Part shown: positions 1-13,211 of the stretch, piece after piece
How positions within the stretch are numbered: the stretch's first letter is position 1
Layout: every line of letters starts with the position of its first letter
NCBI RefSeq assembly: GCF_006345805.1
Contig: NC_042999.1
Location: 31,124,001 to 31,188,000, forward strand
Reading direction: 5' to 3'
Length of the DNA: 64,000 nucleotides
Origin: Octopus sinensis
Lineage: Eukaryota
Notes under the pieces: model-generated
Seen by the model: the letters and a program-made list of their open reading frames with translations, nothing else
Told to the model about the DNA's origin: nothing
The model's database searches: none
Program-made: the position numbers and the translations under genes

Positions 1-534
1 TATATATATATATATATACATACATATACATGCATATACATATACACACACATACACATACACATACACATATATGTATATATAAAGATACATATAAACA
101 AACATATGTATATAAATATGCATATATATACATATGTATATATATAGATATTCATACACACACACACACACACACACACCACACACATATATATATATAT
201 ATATTATAATAATATATTATCCTATATTCCATCATCTGTCTTCCATTTATTATTTACCTAACGCTCACTCTGATAGTGACCGTGCTTCACCAGTAAACTA
301 AGGTGTAACCCATTCGTTTTATTATCCGTATGAATATATATATAGGGAGAGATAACGAAAGACGAAAACAGGTGGTGTACAAAACAAACAGAAGTATTAA
401 TATAACACTCAGGAATTGAGTTATTTATTTATTTATTTTATTTATTTATTTATTGATTGTACGATTGTATCTGAAAAGAACCTTATGAATAGAAAATCAA
501 AAAAAAAAAAGTCTTTTATATATATGTATATATA

Positions 535-578
<44 letters not shown>

Positions 579-1064
579 CATATATATATTCATATATCTA
601 TATGCATGTTTCTGTAGAATTCCCTAGAATTGCTAAATTGCAGAATACTACACCTAAAAGTAACATACACTTTAATATTATTTTTAACTGAAGGGATAAA
701 AATACTAGTGCTTACATCAAATTTTACTAAGAATCTGACCCTGCTGCATCTTACATCAACGGATGATTTAAGAGGCAACATGCTTTGATTTATCATCTGA
801 AAGATTTGATATGTGAAACTCGGAATATTCGTATTCTATATTTTTGTGTGTCATTCTAATGTAACTGGAGAATCTGCACGAACCTCAACTCCGAGTTTCG
901 CGTTACTGATCTGCAAGTAGACGGCCGTCCAAAGTTCGATAAAATGAGATTCAGAGTAACGATTAACTAAGATTATCAGCATCAATACATGAACATAACA
1001 TAGAAACCTACACACTTGCGTGTATGTTATAGGTATACCTACATGCATACACACACACACACAC

Positions 1065-1097
<33 letters not shown>

Positions 1098-1184
1098 TTA
1101 TATATATACACACACACACACACGTATATATATATATATATTTATATACATATATATATATACATACATACACACACACACACA

Positions 1185-1244
<60 letters not shown>

Positions 1245-2528
1245 ATATATATATATCGTAGTCATTATTATTTACACCCTAAGCCACCCTCCAGATACAG
1301 ATTTACCACCATAATGAAATGTAGAACGGAAGGCGACAGAATTCAATACTTTTTTATTTGGATTCAAGATATCTTCTGACAAACTATCATTGACTTTCTT
1401 ATCTATTCTCCATCAATATGTAATCTTCCATAGTCTCTTTATCCATGCAATCAAGTCACTATATATATCCATGATTCAGCCATCGTTTCTACATCAATTC
1501 ATGAGCTTGTTCTAGGACCCATATCACCGACGCTTGTTGCACTTTCAAAATTATGCCACTCTATATTTGTTGTTACTTGTGTAGCTGCTACTTAACTCTA
1601 GGTTGAATCTGATACTGAGAAGTTCTAGCATAATGATGTCCCAGCCATGGTCATCACATCTATTGTATTAATAGTATTACACTATCCATTTGTGTACATC
1701 GATGTTTAAGCTATTAATGTCTTGTTGTAGCAGATTTCCTTGCTGTTTTCTTGCAGTCACCACGAGAAAAAAATACCTCGTTCTGTGGTTACGCCTTTAT
1801 TCAAAGGTTTATGCATAAGTGTTCCGTAAATCGAAACTGGCACCTGGTTTCAAACCACAGTTCGAATAATTGCATTAGCGCTCAGTAGAGGCCAACTGAA
1901 ACACGAGTACGTGCACGTTAGACTAGCTAAAATTAGCAGCTAAATTTCTCAGAAAATATATCTTACTGTATATTAAAGTGGGTTTAGGACAATATAAACT
2001 TTGGTATACAAAAAGATGTGAAGGTCTAGGTTGGAGCGCCTTTAATCATGAAGTTGCTCGATCAGGGCTTTTCTAAAGTAAAATAAAATCACAGCACACA
2101 TAATTTCGAATATCTCATTTACTTATCTTTTGACTGCCATGAAATATATGGAACTGTTTTATGAAATAGAAGATAACGTGAATGTATAGTAGTTTTTGAT
2201 AACGAAAAAAAGAAGAGCGAAACAATTTCAAAATTTATAAAATGCAGTTTAATGTAGTAAAGATAACTATTTATCGTAGAGATAAAATATTTGACAGTGA
2301 TTTTCACGTGCCGTCATTCATAGGCCATGTCAGGTATATATACACACACATATGTAGGCAGTAAACATAAACACATGTTATCATGTGTGTATCACATGCG
2401 TATAGATATATGTGTCTATGTATATGAGTATGCAACTGCCTGTGTGAACGTATGTATATGTGTGTCTTAAATATTACAGATTTCACCTCAATGAAATAGA
2501 ATATAAAAAATTTAAGTTAGAATAATAA

Positions 2529-2755
2529 TCTTTACTTCCCACAAGGGGCCATACACAGAGGGGACAAACAAGGACAGACAAATGGATTAAGTCGGTTACA
2601 TCGACCCCAGTGCGTAACTGGTACTTAATTTATCGACCCGGAAAGGATAAAAGGCAAAGTCGACCTCGGTGGAATTTGAACTCAGAACGTAAAGGCAGAC
2701 GAAATACGGCTACGCATTTCGCCCGGCGTGCTAACGTTTCTGCCAGATCACCGTC
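2529..2755 (-). mobile_element. tRNA-derived SINE family A (Nin/Deu-like central domain, Tx1-like tail)
   Basis: Minus strand has TGGCAGAAACGTTAG (A-box-like), GAGTTCAAATTCC (B box), GCCTTT(T)ATCCTTTC(C)GGGTCGATAAA and a tail ending GCCCCTTGTGGGAAGTAAAGA. Highly similar to copies at 10125, 18052, 45252 and 52685. Confidence 0.9.
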
Positions 2756-3902
2756 TAATAATTCAACTTAGAATAGCCGAGGAAATATCATACTAAAGCT
2801 TATCCAAAACCAACTGTTACATGAAGTTTAACTAAAATATTTAACGAAAGAATTATCTGTTAAATCTGTAGCACGGTTTCACTTCCTGCTTAAATAATTT
2901 CATTCCATTTGTGAATTTTTATGGCTTACATATAAGTTAAGAATGTTTTAAGATTGAGAAAAAAAAATGTCTAAAAATTTAAATGAGCAATTTCATGTCG
3001 TCTGAAAAAAAAAAGTGTTTCATTTCTACCTTAATAAGGCGACAGGAAAACCTTCTAATGCATGCTGCATGCAGAGATGTGACATCATAAGACGTTAGTT
3101 TAGCTTTTACATCAAATCCGAATTAAAACACTGAGTATGAATGGGGAGTGGAGGGAAAGATATCGTGTATACGTATAATAAAAAAAAATTGCATAGAAAT
3201 GAAGAAAGAAAAAATATATTAAAGTAAAGTTTACTTCTCCTCATTTGCAATAGCTCAATCTCCAGGAAGACCTTCAGCGTCTATTATTGCAAAATGTGAT
3301 TTATTTTTAAGTGGAAACATATTTATCATGTGTAGCATAGCATGGATCTTCGTTAGATGCTTTTAGTTCTTTCAGTGTATTTTTTTTTCCTTATTGAAGC
3401 ACTTTTTCAATTTATTGATGAGACAGAGTTCGTGTCACATATTGCAATAAATGAGGCTGAGGACGTAAAATATCCACTTCGAAGAGATGAGATGAGATTG
3501 AAATAGCCAAGTCTACTTCCATTTAGTTCTTCATCACTCTCAGCAAGATGCACACAAACAAGCAGATAGGCTCACAGACAGTCACATAAATGCACACAGA
3601 CACGCTCAACAAAGCTCTGACCCAAAACAATTATATTCATAATGTTAACACGCTAACACAGTGCATGTATGTGTGTGTATATATATATATATATAAACAA
3701 CTTATAAATAAGGGCAAACGAAAACATTTTCAATGCGAAATATGCCGAAATTAAACACATTGTCCGTAACCATTATAAGTTTTTCGTTTGCCCTTATTTA
3801 TAAGTTGTTTATAAGTTTAACCTTTAAAGGTATTTTTTAATATGCTGGCCATTGATAAAATTTTCTCGAAGAAAAAAATATTATCCGACATTAAATAAAT
3901 AA

Positions 3903-3934
<32 letters not shown>

Positions 3935-4522
3935 TATATATATATACACAAGAATAGGCCGCTTATAATTATATATAAAGTACAATGAGTAGGCAATTGC
4001 AGCCGATTGACGAAATGAAATACCAATCAACACCGGAGATCAATTAATATATTTATAAAACCCAAATATTGCATTGACAATTTATACATGTAAAACACAT
4101 GCATATTTGTCTGTTAATTGAATATGGATATTTATGCATTCACAAAAAAAAATTTCATTATATATAAGTGTGTGAGAGTGGCTGTGAAAAATTATGCTTA
4201 TATATTAGTTATTGGTAGATACATTATTATTAATTAACTCTTCAAATACTCGGTAATCTATCACATGAATACCTACCCTTAATCACATATATCACACATA
4301 CACACTTATATGAGTTTGTGTGTATGCATGCATATATATATATGTTTGTGCGTGTCATTTTGTAGATCGATGTATATTTTCACGTATACTCGCATATATA
4401 TACATGCATTATTTCTAACACGAATAACATCTAATTTTCTGCTTTTTTACACCAATATATTCCCCCATCTAATCTCCAAATTCATCTTTGTCTCTGTATT
4501 TTACAAGCATCTATACACGCAT

Positions 4523-4714
<192 letters not shown>

Positions 4715-4930
4715 CTTATCGACTGACGTGATGTCGCATTGGCTCCAAAGCCAATCGCTTTTTACGACCTTTTATTGCACACATTTTGTCTCAATTTTTA
4801 CACAAACGGTGTGTAAAGCACCCAGCTTTCGTTTGTGTGGTTTCAATGGAGGAATTGACCCTTAGGGTAAGTTTCAAACCTATTTACATTTCTATTTTCT
4901 TCGGTTTCCATGCCATATTTCTAAACAAAT

Positions 4931-5758
4931 ATGGCTGAACGAAACCATGAGGCCGACTTCCCACCTCTACCAATGCTAGAGTCGAAGGGAGCTGAAAGCA
5001 AAGCCGTTCCGCTTGAACACACACGGGCCTTAGAAGGCACGAATGCTTCTGCTACTACAACCGTTGCCTCCACTACTGCTACCACTACCACAGCCATCAC
5101 CACCACAACCAACACGAATACCGATAACAATCTTGTAGCTACTTTGAAGCCAAGAAAAAAAAAATTCATTTTTCGAAGGAAGCACTATTTGACTGAAAAG
5201 AAATTTTTACAAAAAAATGAAGTCACCATTCAATTACAGACACCTGAAGACATTGCGAAAAATATCTCAAAAAACCAAAAAAAAAACAAAACAATCCACT
5301 CATTTACAAAACACTCAACGCGAAAACAAATGTACATTTTTATGTACTTTGAGGCCGCTCAAGAAAATGTGGGAAAATGTCTAAGGCCCATATGGGCTTT
5401 TAAAGACTACATAACGTGGGGAAACAGGGCCGAGGGAAAAGGGGCACGCCAGGATTACAGGGATCGGATAAGCAAATTAGTTAAGAGAGCATTGACGGGT
5501 GCCATCATCAACAACAAATGGTGGTATGCCCCAAAGAAGGCAATTAAAGCAGAATCGGCTAGGTACAGTAAGACCCTAGCAGTAGACCGAAATAGAATAC
5601 AGGGAGACCTAGCGAAGAAATTAGAAGAGGCATTTAGAAGTGGCATCGCGGCCAACGTACTGGCAGTGAGATTCGCCCTCGACCAGCACTTCAACGCCAA
5701 ACACGAAGGATGCATTGCCAGAGCTAGGATGCGTGCTCTGAGGGACGAGGGAGTTTGA
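4931..5758 (+). pseudogene. LINE ORF1 N-terminus fused in frame to the ORF2 post-endonuclease linker; the APE endonuclease appears deleted
   Basis: 275-aa ORF. A Thr-rich ORF1-like start switches near 5450 to 'DYRDRISKLV..NNKWW..KKAIKAESARYSK..GCIARAR', typical of the Tx1 ORF2 region after the endonuclease. No APE motifs are seen. Confidence 0.6.
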
Positions 5759-6019
5759 GCCGCCCGAGATGCCCGAGTGGCGGAGACGCAACGAGGTAAC
5801 AGAGCCGCCATGAACTGAGGCGTGAATTACTCGAGCCTGAAAGCTGAAACTTTGCCCCACTGTTCGGGACAACTGGTGGGTCAGGACGCAGAGCGGATTT
5901 TAGTGCCTACCTGCATGACCTGCTACGACTCTCAGGAATAGTGTCGGAGTGTTGTGAAAGACCTATCACTGCCGCGGACGTACGGGATGCGATTTCAGGC
6001 TGCGCGAGAGATTAGTCAC

Positions 6020-7912
6020 CAGGCTTGGATGGCGTACCCTACGAATTTTATTGTCATATGCCACATTTGTTTGTGGGCGTCTTGGCAGCTGTCTACTGCA
6101 ACTGGCAGAAAAAGGGGAGTATCATCGTATTTGTAAAGCTAGGTGATGTAGCACTGCTAAACAAAGATCCATACAAGGGGAACGTCATAGATAACATCAG
6201 GACCAACACTCTGCTCAATGCAGATTTGAAAATTTTGGCCAAGATGTTAGCCAAAAGGTTGGCACTTGTCATCGAGATACTAGTCGACAAGGCGCAAACG
6301 TGCGCCGTGCCGGGTAGGAGTATCCATGACAACCTGCATCTGATGCGCTACATCATAGACAGGGTAGTCAAGAATCTTGGCATGGGTGGGGCGCTGATCA
6401 ATTTGGATGAATCAAAATCTTTTGATAGGGCGTCCTTAAAGCGGCTGGTTTCGGTCCCATATTCTGTGGTTGGATCACTGCTTTATACAGCGGCATCCGC
6501 ACAGTAGTTCGCGTGAATGGCCATCCAGACCATTTAACATCATGCGTTCGGTTCGTCAAGGATGCTCCCTCTCGTCGCTTCTGTATGCATTGTCTCTTGA
6601 GCCACTACTGCGGAAGCCGGCGACGCTGAGGGTCATCCCATGAGAGCTGGGATACGGGAGGAGTTTGTGTGTATACGCGGACGCTGTCACCGTCATAGTG
6701 TCAAGCCACAAGCACATCGACCCGGTCGGCGAGACATGAAAAAGAATACGAAGCGTTAACGGGAGCAAAAACTTAACCGGGAAAATCAGTGGGCGTGCTG
6801 TTCGGCACTTGGAGAAGCAAGCCCATGCCGTCCAACAGCGTCTCCATCGTAGGACACTGGACCGACGGACCGGTAAAATTGCTTGGAGTCTGGTTCGGTC
6901 CGGACCTCCAAATGGTGAAGAACTGGAGCGAAAAAACAACTAAGGTGGCCACTCTTACCCTGCAATGAGCCGAGAGGAAGCTTTCCCTAAATGATCGGGT
7001 GGAGGTGGAGAACGCGTACATCGCATCCGTCATCGACTACTGTCTGTTCGTCGTCCCTTGTCCCGACTCTATCCCCAGCAAACATTCGCTGAGACTGCGA
7101 CATCTCCGGCGCATCATAGACAACGGCAAACAGGTGTGGTCATCGTTTGTGCGGCGCGCTTTCCCGCAGCTCGTCTCCTTGGTCGAACTGCAGTCGTGTA
7201 TCAAACAGAGACAGAGGCTAGGCGAATGGCACCGCGAGTGCCGCCTTGCTCACAAGCAACTCTGCCGTCCGGGACAAAACTTGTGCGACTTCATTACAAC
7301 AAATGCGTTCTAGAGAGTATTAGTGGAGGGGAGGTGCGACGACAATCTCGGGCAGAGTCTGCGCATCGACGAGGAACACCTGACCCGCTTGTTCAGGACA
7401 AATTTCGGGCCGGGACCTATGAACAATCACCAAAGACCCCCTAGCCTGGCAGTGCTATCGAGATGCATTACCTGTTCAGGATAATTTCTACAGGCACGGT
7501 TCAAGACACACCGGACCGACTTGCCCGAGATGCGGTCAGAGCTACGAATCCGTTCTGGACGCACTCGTGCAGTGCCCAACCATTTCGGACCTGTGGGATT
7601 ATGCCGAACGCCTCCTGTCGGCAGAGTCTATCGTGACAAATGCTCCGCCACCTTCTCTCAACTGGGAAGGCAAGGCAGTCTTCATCGTACTGGTGGCCAT
7701 GGTGAAAGAATGTGTGTGGTAGACTCGAGCGAAAGGATTAGAGACAAACATTTACCTCTCTGGTCAATCGCTCATCAACTTCTGCATGTACCACTTGAAA
7801 AGGAAGGTGGGGATGGAGGCTTTGTCTCCTGAAAGTTTCAAAGAAAAATGGTAGATGAATGTAGCAAAGATTGTTTTTGTGAGTGACCAAACCTGTTTGA
7901 GCATGATCCTGT
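6020..7912 (+). pseudogene. LINE ORF2 reverse transcriptase and C-terminal domain, with frameshifts and stops
   Basis: Motifs across frames: LDGVPYEFY, TLLNADLKILAKMLAKRL, QTCAVPGRSIHDNLHLMRYII, LINLDESKSFDR, VRQGCSLSSLLYALSLEPLLR, YADAVT, VKLLGVWFG, CPRCG..ESVLDALVQCP. Confidence 0.9.
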
Positions 7913-7919
7913 AAATCGA

Positions 7920-8002
<83 letters not shown>

Positions 8003-8261
8003 CACTTTGCTCTCGTGTATTTATTCCCTCCGTAGGCTTTTCTTTCCACGGATAAAACTAATATTGCTTTTTACATTTAAAAAATTTTTCTGTGATACAC
8101 GATCCCTTTCGATCGCTTATTGTTTCCCCGATCACTTTTGATCGGAATTTTACTTTCTTTTTCTCATTTTTACTCTTTTTCTTTTTCATTTTCAAAATGA
8201 AATGCTCTACATTTGTATGTGTCCCCTCTATGTTCAGCCCTGTCTAACCAATGAAGAAAGT

Positions 8262-8277
8262 TATCTATCTATCTACA

Positions 8278-8368
<91 letters not shown>

Positions 8369-8451
8369 ATCTATCTAACTATCTATCTAACTATTTATTT
8401 ATCTATCTATCTATCTAACTATGTATCTATCTGTCTCGCTATGTATCTATG

Positions 8452-8540
<89 letters not shown>
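8262..8540. repeat. (TATC)n/(TA)n compound microsatellite, right flank of the LINE
   Basis: Direct reading. Confidence 0.95.
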
Positions 8541-9110
8541 GTTTATCTATCCATTCAGGTAGCTTACTCTTTACCAATCTATACATTCATTCATCAATAG
8601 TTTCTCCTTCATTAACACCTCAGTCTACAAGAACGAAATTGGTAGCAATATCCTTTATACTAATGTAGATGGAAAGATCATTATTCTCGAATTTGATGCT
8701 GGAATCATTGTAGCTTGCAGTATATAGAATATCCATTTACCATAATAACGTAGCATCGCCCTTACCCTCTTTTTCTTCTAATGGCAAGCTAGAGTTGAGA
8801 AAAATATTAAGATTTTCAAATACATTTTTTATTACATATTTGAAAGTGCATTTAAAATATTTTAAAGAATTAGTGTCTGAGATTTCTGTTAAATAACGTA
8901 AAATTGATGTCACAGTTTTGGAGGTGATGACGATTGTGATGATGGGTTGATATATAGAGTGTCTGCTGTTTCTATTGTCGTAATATTAACGGATAGACGT
9001 GAGTGTCGGATTTGGTGTTGCTGAGAAGATAGTTGTTGCAATTAACAATAATGTGAATTTGTTTGTAAGATATTTTTGCTTATAATACAAATGATTTCGT
9101 ATGTAGGTTG

Positions 9111-10003
9111 TCTCTTTATGAATGTGCGTGTAAATAGCTTTATATAACCACTAACATGTGAGTTTTATTACTGAATGTTTCTGTGTGTTTGTGTGCGTGT
9201 GTCTCATGTTGTCAAGGATCTTGCCATCAGGAGACGGTATTTGATATCATATGTCTAATGTTATTTTATATTTTATGTCTATTGTTGTCGCTAGAGTAAC
9301 GGTGAGTATGATGATATTTCAGTGATGTTATTCATGGTGTTGATAATGATGATGACGGTGGTGCTATGACTGAGATGACATGTCGATGACGATATGAGTG
9401 ATGTTAATTCTTGTGGTGATGACGATGATGTTTGAAGGTGATAATTGTGATTCTGTGATGTTGATACGTTGATGCTGAATCTGACATCGTGCTGACGCTG
9501 TTATATTTGTGGAGATTGTAGCAATGATGATATTGTGATGTTCCTATGGTGATGCTGTCGTTACTTACATCTTGCTAATGGTGATGATGATTGTGAGGAT
9601 GATGACATGTCGATGGTGATAATGACGTGGATTTTGACTGTAATGGAGGCGAAGTAACTTTGGATGGTGAGGAAGCGAAGATGACGGTCGGAGGTTGATA
9701 TGGTGATGTTGTACAATAGTCATGTTGTTGATAATGATTTTGATGCTGACGCTTTTGATGATGGTGTTTGAGGTGTTGGTGATAAAAGAGATTTCAGTGT
9801 TAGTAATGCCCAACACAAATGATTACTGTACTTGAAAATATCAGATTAGCATTAGACATATAATATAAAATACAATTTCCTGGAGGCAATATCCTTGACA
9901 ACATGAGACACACGCACACAAGCACACAAAAACACTCACTCAGTAAGAAAACTCACATGTGAGTGCTTATATAAATGTATTTACACGTACAATCATAAAG
10001 AGA
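9111..10003. repeat. Diverged inverted repeat (~170-bp arms) around a degenerate (GAT/GTT)n spacer
   Basis: tctctttatgaatgtgcgtgtaaata..gtgtgtctcatgttgtcaaggat at 9111-9280 is the reverse complement of atccttgacaacatgagacacac..tatttacacgtacaatcataaagaga at 9832-10003. Confidence 0.85.
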
Positions 10004-10009
10004 GAACAT

Positions 10010-10590
10010 GCTGAGGCCCCCTTCAGTCATGAATGACCATGGGATTTCACCTAGAAAGTTTCCCTCCAAGGTACAAGTCCGGGAAAAGTTGTTTATGGAA
10101 GACCAGCAGTCGTCCATGCATACCTATTTCTTTACTACCCACAAGGGGCTAAACACAGAGAGGACAAACAAGGACAGACAAACGGATTAAGTCGATTATA
10201 TCGACCCCAGTGCGTAACTGGTACTTATTTAATCGACCCCGAAAGGATGAAAGGCAAAGTCGACCTCGGCGGAATTTGAACTCAGAACGTAACGGCAGGC
10301 GAAATACGGCTACGCATTTCGCCCGGCGTGCTAACGTTTCTGCCAGCTCGTCCATGCATATCGGCCTCTCCTCTCCACGCCACCAGTGTTATCCAAGGGG
10401 AAAGGCAAGGGGGCCGATACAGCTTGGCACCTGTGTGCCACAATTCATTTCTACAGCTGAGTGAACTGGAGCAACGTGAAATAAAGTGTCCTGCTCAAGA
10501 GCACAACACACAGCCCGGTCCGAGATTCGAACTCACAACCTCGCGATCGCAAGCTCGACACTCTAAATCACTGAGTCATGCATCTTCACA
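10010..10590 (-). mobile_element. CORE-type tRNA SINE with tail Z, interrupted by SINE A
   Basis: B box on the minus strand (ttcgaactc on +), CORE-like gagcaacgtgaaataaagtgtcctgctcaaga, and a tail shared with the 38472 and 44825 copies. Confidence 0.82.
10125..10350 (-). mobile_element. SINE family A nested inside a CORE-type SINE, with TSD
   Basis: Same sequence as 2529-2755. Direct repeat TCGTCCATGCATA at 10110-10122 and 10348-10360. Confidence 0.92.
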
Positions 10591-10751
10591 TGAAGACAAC
10601 ATACATACGCAAAAACGCATGTCTTTTGAACTTAGATATTCATCATCAACATCATCATCAATCATCAGTTATCATGATAATATTACGAAAAGTCAAACCT
10701 ACTTCCAGAATGCATATGTATGAGTGTGTATTGATTAACACACACACACAC

Positions 10752-11525
10752 CGGCGTGGCTGGGTGGTAAAATGCTTGTTTCCCATTAATGTGATTCCAA
10801 ATTCAGTCCAAATGCGTGGAGCCTTGGGCAAATGTCTTCTACTATACCCTCCGGCCAACTAAATCCTTGTAAGTGGATTTGGTTGACGGAAACTGAGAGA
10901 AGACCGTCACATATATATATATATAGAAAATAGTAAAAAGTGAAAAAACTACAGAAGGCTTGTTTTAAAAGGTTAAAATATATATATTTGAGTCAATATG
11001 TCTGAAGAATGTTATAAATTTTTTTCATACAATGACACGTATGAAAAAATTTATAACATTCTTCAGACATATTGACTCAAATATATATTTTTTAACCTTT
11101 TAAACAAGCCTTCTGTAGTTTTTTCACTTTTTACTATTTTCTATATATATATATATATATAATTAAATAATGGTAGAAATTGATATTAATCAATTAAAAC
11201 CAGTGGTCTAGCATATTTTTAAAAAGTCCGAACATAAATTTTTTTTTAGGTCAGTCCACTAAATATTGTCTATATATATATATTATATATATATATACAT
11301 ATATAAATGCCTGTGTGTGCGTGTGTTTGCGAGTGTACGTGTGTGTACGTGTGTGTTTAACTCCCATCATAGCTTGATGACCGGCGTTGGTGTATTCAGG
11401 TCTTCGTAACCTAGTGGTTAAGGAAGACCGATAGAAAAAGCAGGATTCAAAGAACAAATCTAAGTTTGATTAAAAATCTTCAAGAAGTTACCACGCCATG
11501 GCTACAGTCTAATGACTGATACACG
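10752..11525 (+). mobile_element. SINE family C (tRNA head, internal microsatellite, tail) with insertions in its internal (TA)n
   Basis: Head GGCGTGGCTGGGTGGTAA..CCTTGGGCAAATGTCTTCTACTATA..GACGGAAACTGA at 10752-10910. Tail ..TCGTAACCTAGTGGTT..GACCGATAGAA..CATGGCTACAGTCTAATGACTGA at ~11340-11525. Confidence 0.7.
10925..11142. repeat. Near-perfect hairpin with ~105-bp arms and an 8-nt loop, within (TA)n
   Basis: AGAAAATAGTAAAAAGTG...TTTTCATAC aatgacac GTATGAAAA...CACTTTTTACTATTTTCT. Confidence 0.95.
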
Positions 11526-11539
11526 ATATATACTATGTA

Positions 11540-11960
11540 TTTCTTTTATTTTGTCAGTCATTTGACTGCGGCCTTCCTGGAGCACCACATTCATTCGATC
11601 AAATCGACCCCAGGGCTTATTCTTTGTAAACCTGGTACTTACTCTACCGGTCTCTTATGCCGAACCGCTAAGTAACGGGGAAGCAAACACACAAACATCG
11701 ATTGTCAAGCGATGGTGGTGGAGGAATCAAATGCACACACACAAACACAAAAAACAAAAAAACACAAATACACACACACAAAAACAAACACACATATAAA
11801 TACGACAGGCTTCTTTCAGTTATTGTCTACCGAATCTACTCACAAGGATTTTGTCGGCCCGAGGCTACAGTAGAAGACACTTGTCCAAGGTGCCACCCAG
11901 TGGGACGGAACCTGGGACCATGTGGTTGGTTAGCAAACTACTTACAACATAGCCACTCCT
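11540..11960 (-). mobile_element. SINE family C, near-complete copy
   Basis: cagtcatttgactgcggcc..gccgaaccgctaagtaacgggg..(CA)n..tacgacaggcttctttcag..gaagacacttgtccaaggtgcc..cagtgggacggaacc..atagccactcct. Confidence 0.85.
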
Positions 11961-12391
11961 AATAACTCCACTGCTCTATAAATTAGTGTGCTTCTGTTTC
12001 GGATTTACGATTTACTGACGATATATATTATGTACATAAATTATTCTTGAAGGAGAATTTTGATGACAGTTTCAGCCATTTAAGACATCGTCGGACATGA
12101 TGCGCATTTGAGCGCATGCTCTCAAACACCATGTTGTTTTAAAATGTCAATATTTTACGGCATAATATAGAAACTTTTGAAGCTTTCCATATGCCTTAAG
12201 TGTTACACCTTCATGTATTTACACGCATGACAATTTATGCATTGCCATCACAACAAGTCCTATCACCTGATACTGTTCGATTATAAATATTGCCATTCAT
12301 ACTGTTACCATTCGAAGTACGATTAATACGATGTAGGTATTTCATGCCTTTATGCTCAACACCACATTGTGCAACTATACCTGTTGGTCTG

Positions 12392-12832
<441 letters not shown>

Positions 12833-12980
12833 CGACAGGCTTCTTTCGGCTTCTGTCTTCCAAATCCCCTCACTATGCTTTTGTCGCACGAATCTATAGG
12901 AAAAGTCACTTGCCCAAGGTACCAAGCATTGAAAGTAGGCATCGAACCATCTGGTTGGGAACCAGAAACGCAACACTAAC
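12833..12980 (-). mobile_element. SINE family C head fragment
   Basis: tacgacaggcttctttc..cacttgcccaaggt..gaaccatctggttggga; similar to 11801-11960. Confidence 0.65.
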
Positions 12981-13180
12981 GCTCTTATTCAATTGTAGTC
13001 CGTCATTCGATCATTTATAAATTGAGTTAAATCAGTAAATATATGCAGACCACGTGTAAGCATATATTTATGGAGCAATTGTGCATTTTTGTCATTAAGT
13101 GTCCATGATTATATATAAATGTCTACGTAGACATGTACTCATAATTATGCGTGTGTGTGTATCTACATGTTTATATATGC

Positions 13181-13211
<31 letters not shown>

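Larger units (their letters stand above)
4721..8261 (+). mobile_element. Tx1/L1-clade non-LTR retrotransposon, decayed and internally deleted, inserted in a (TATC)n microsatellite
   Basis: GC-richer block bounded on both sides by (CTAT)n. It has a 5' UTR with TGACGT and CCAAT motifs, an ORF1-like start at 4931 (MAERNHEADFPPLP), RT motifs, a C-terminal Cys/His knuckle remnant and a pyrimidine-rich 3' UTR with internal (GA)n at 7920-7998. Confidence 0.88.

Noticed and set aside
851-1379. IY/YI/TH-rich ORFs here and throughout the window (e.g. 14694-15127, 33279-34900, 40261-40754, 47715-48559)
   Set aside because: They are translations of (TA)n/(CA)n microsatellites and are open in many frames only because the repeats lack stops.
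10210-10464. Recurrent 'RPRKDERQSRPRRNLNSE' ORFs (also 18137, 26584, 52591)
   Set aside because: They are antisense translations of SINE A/B, not a gene family.
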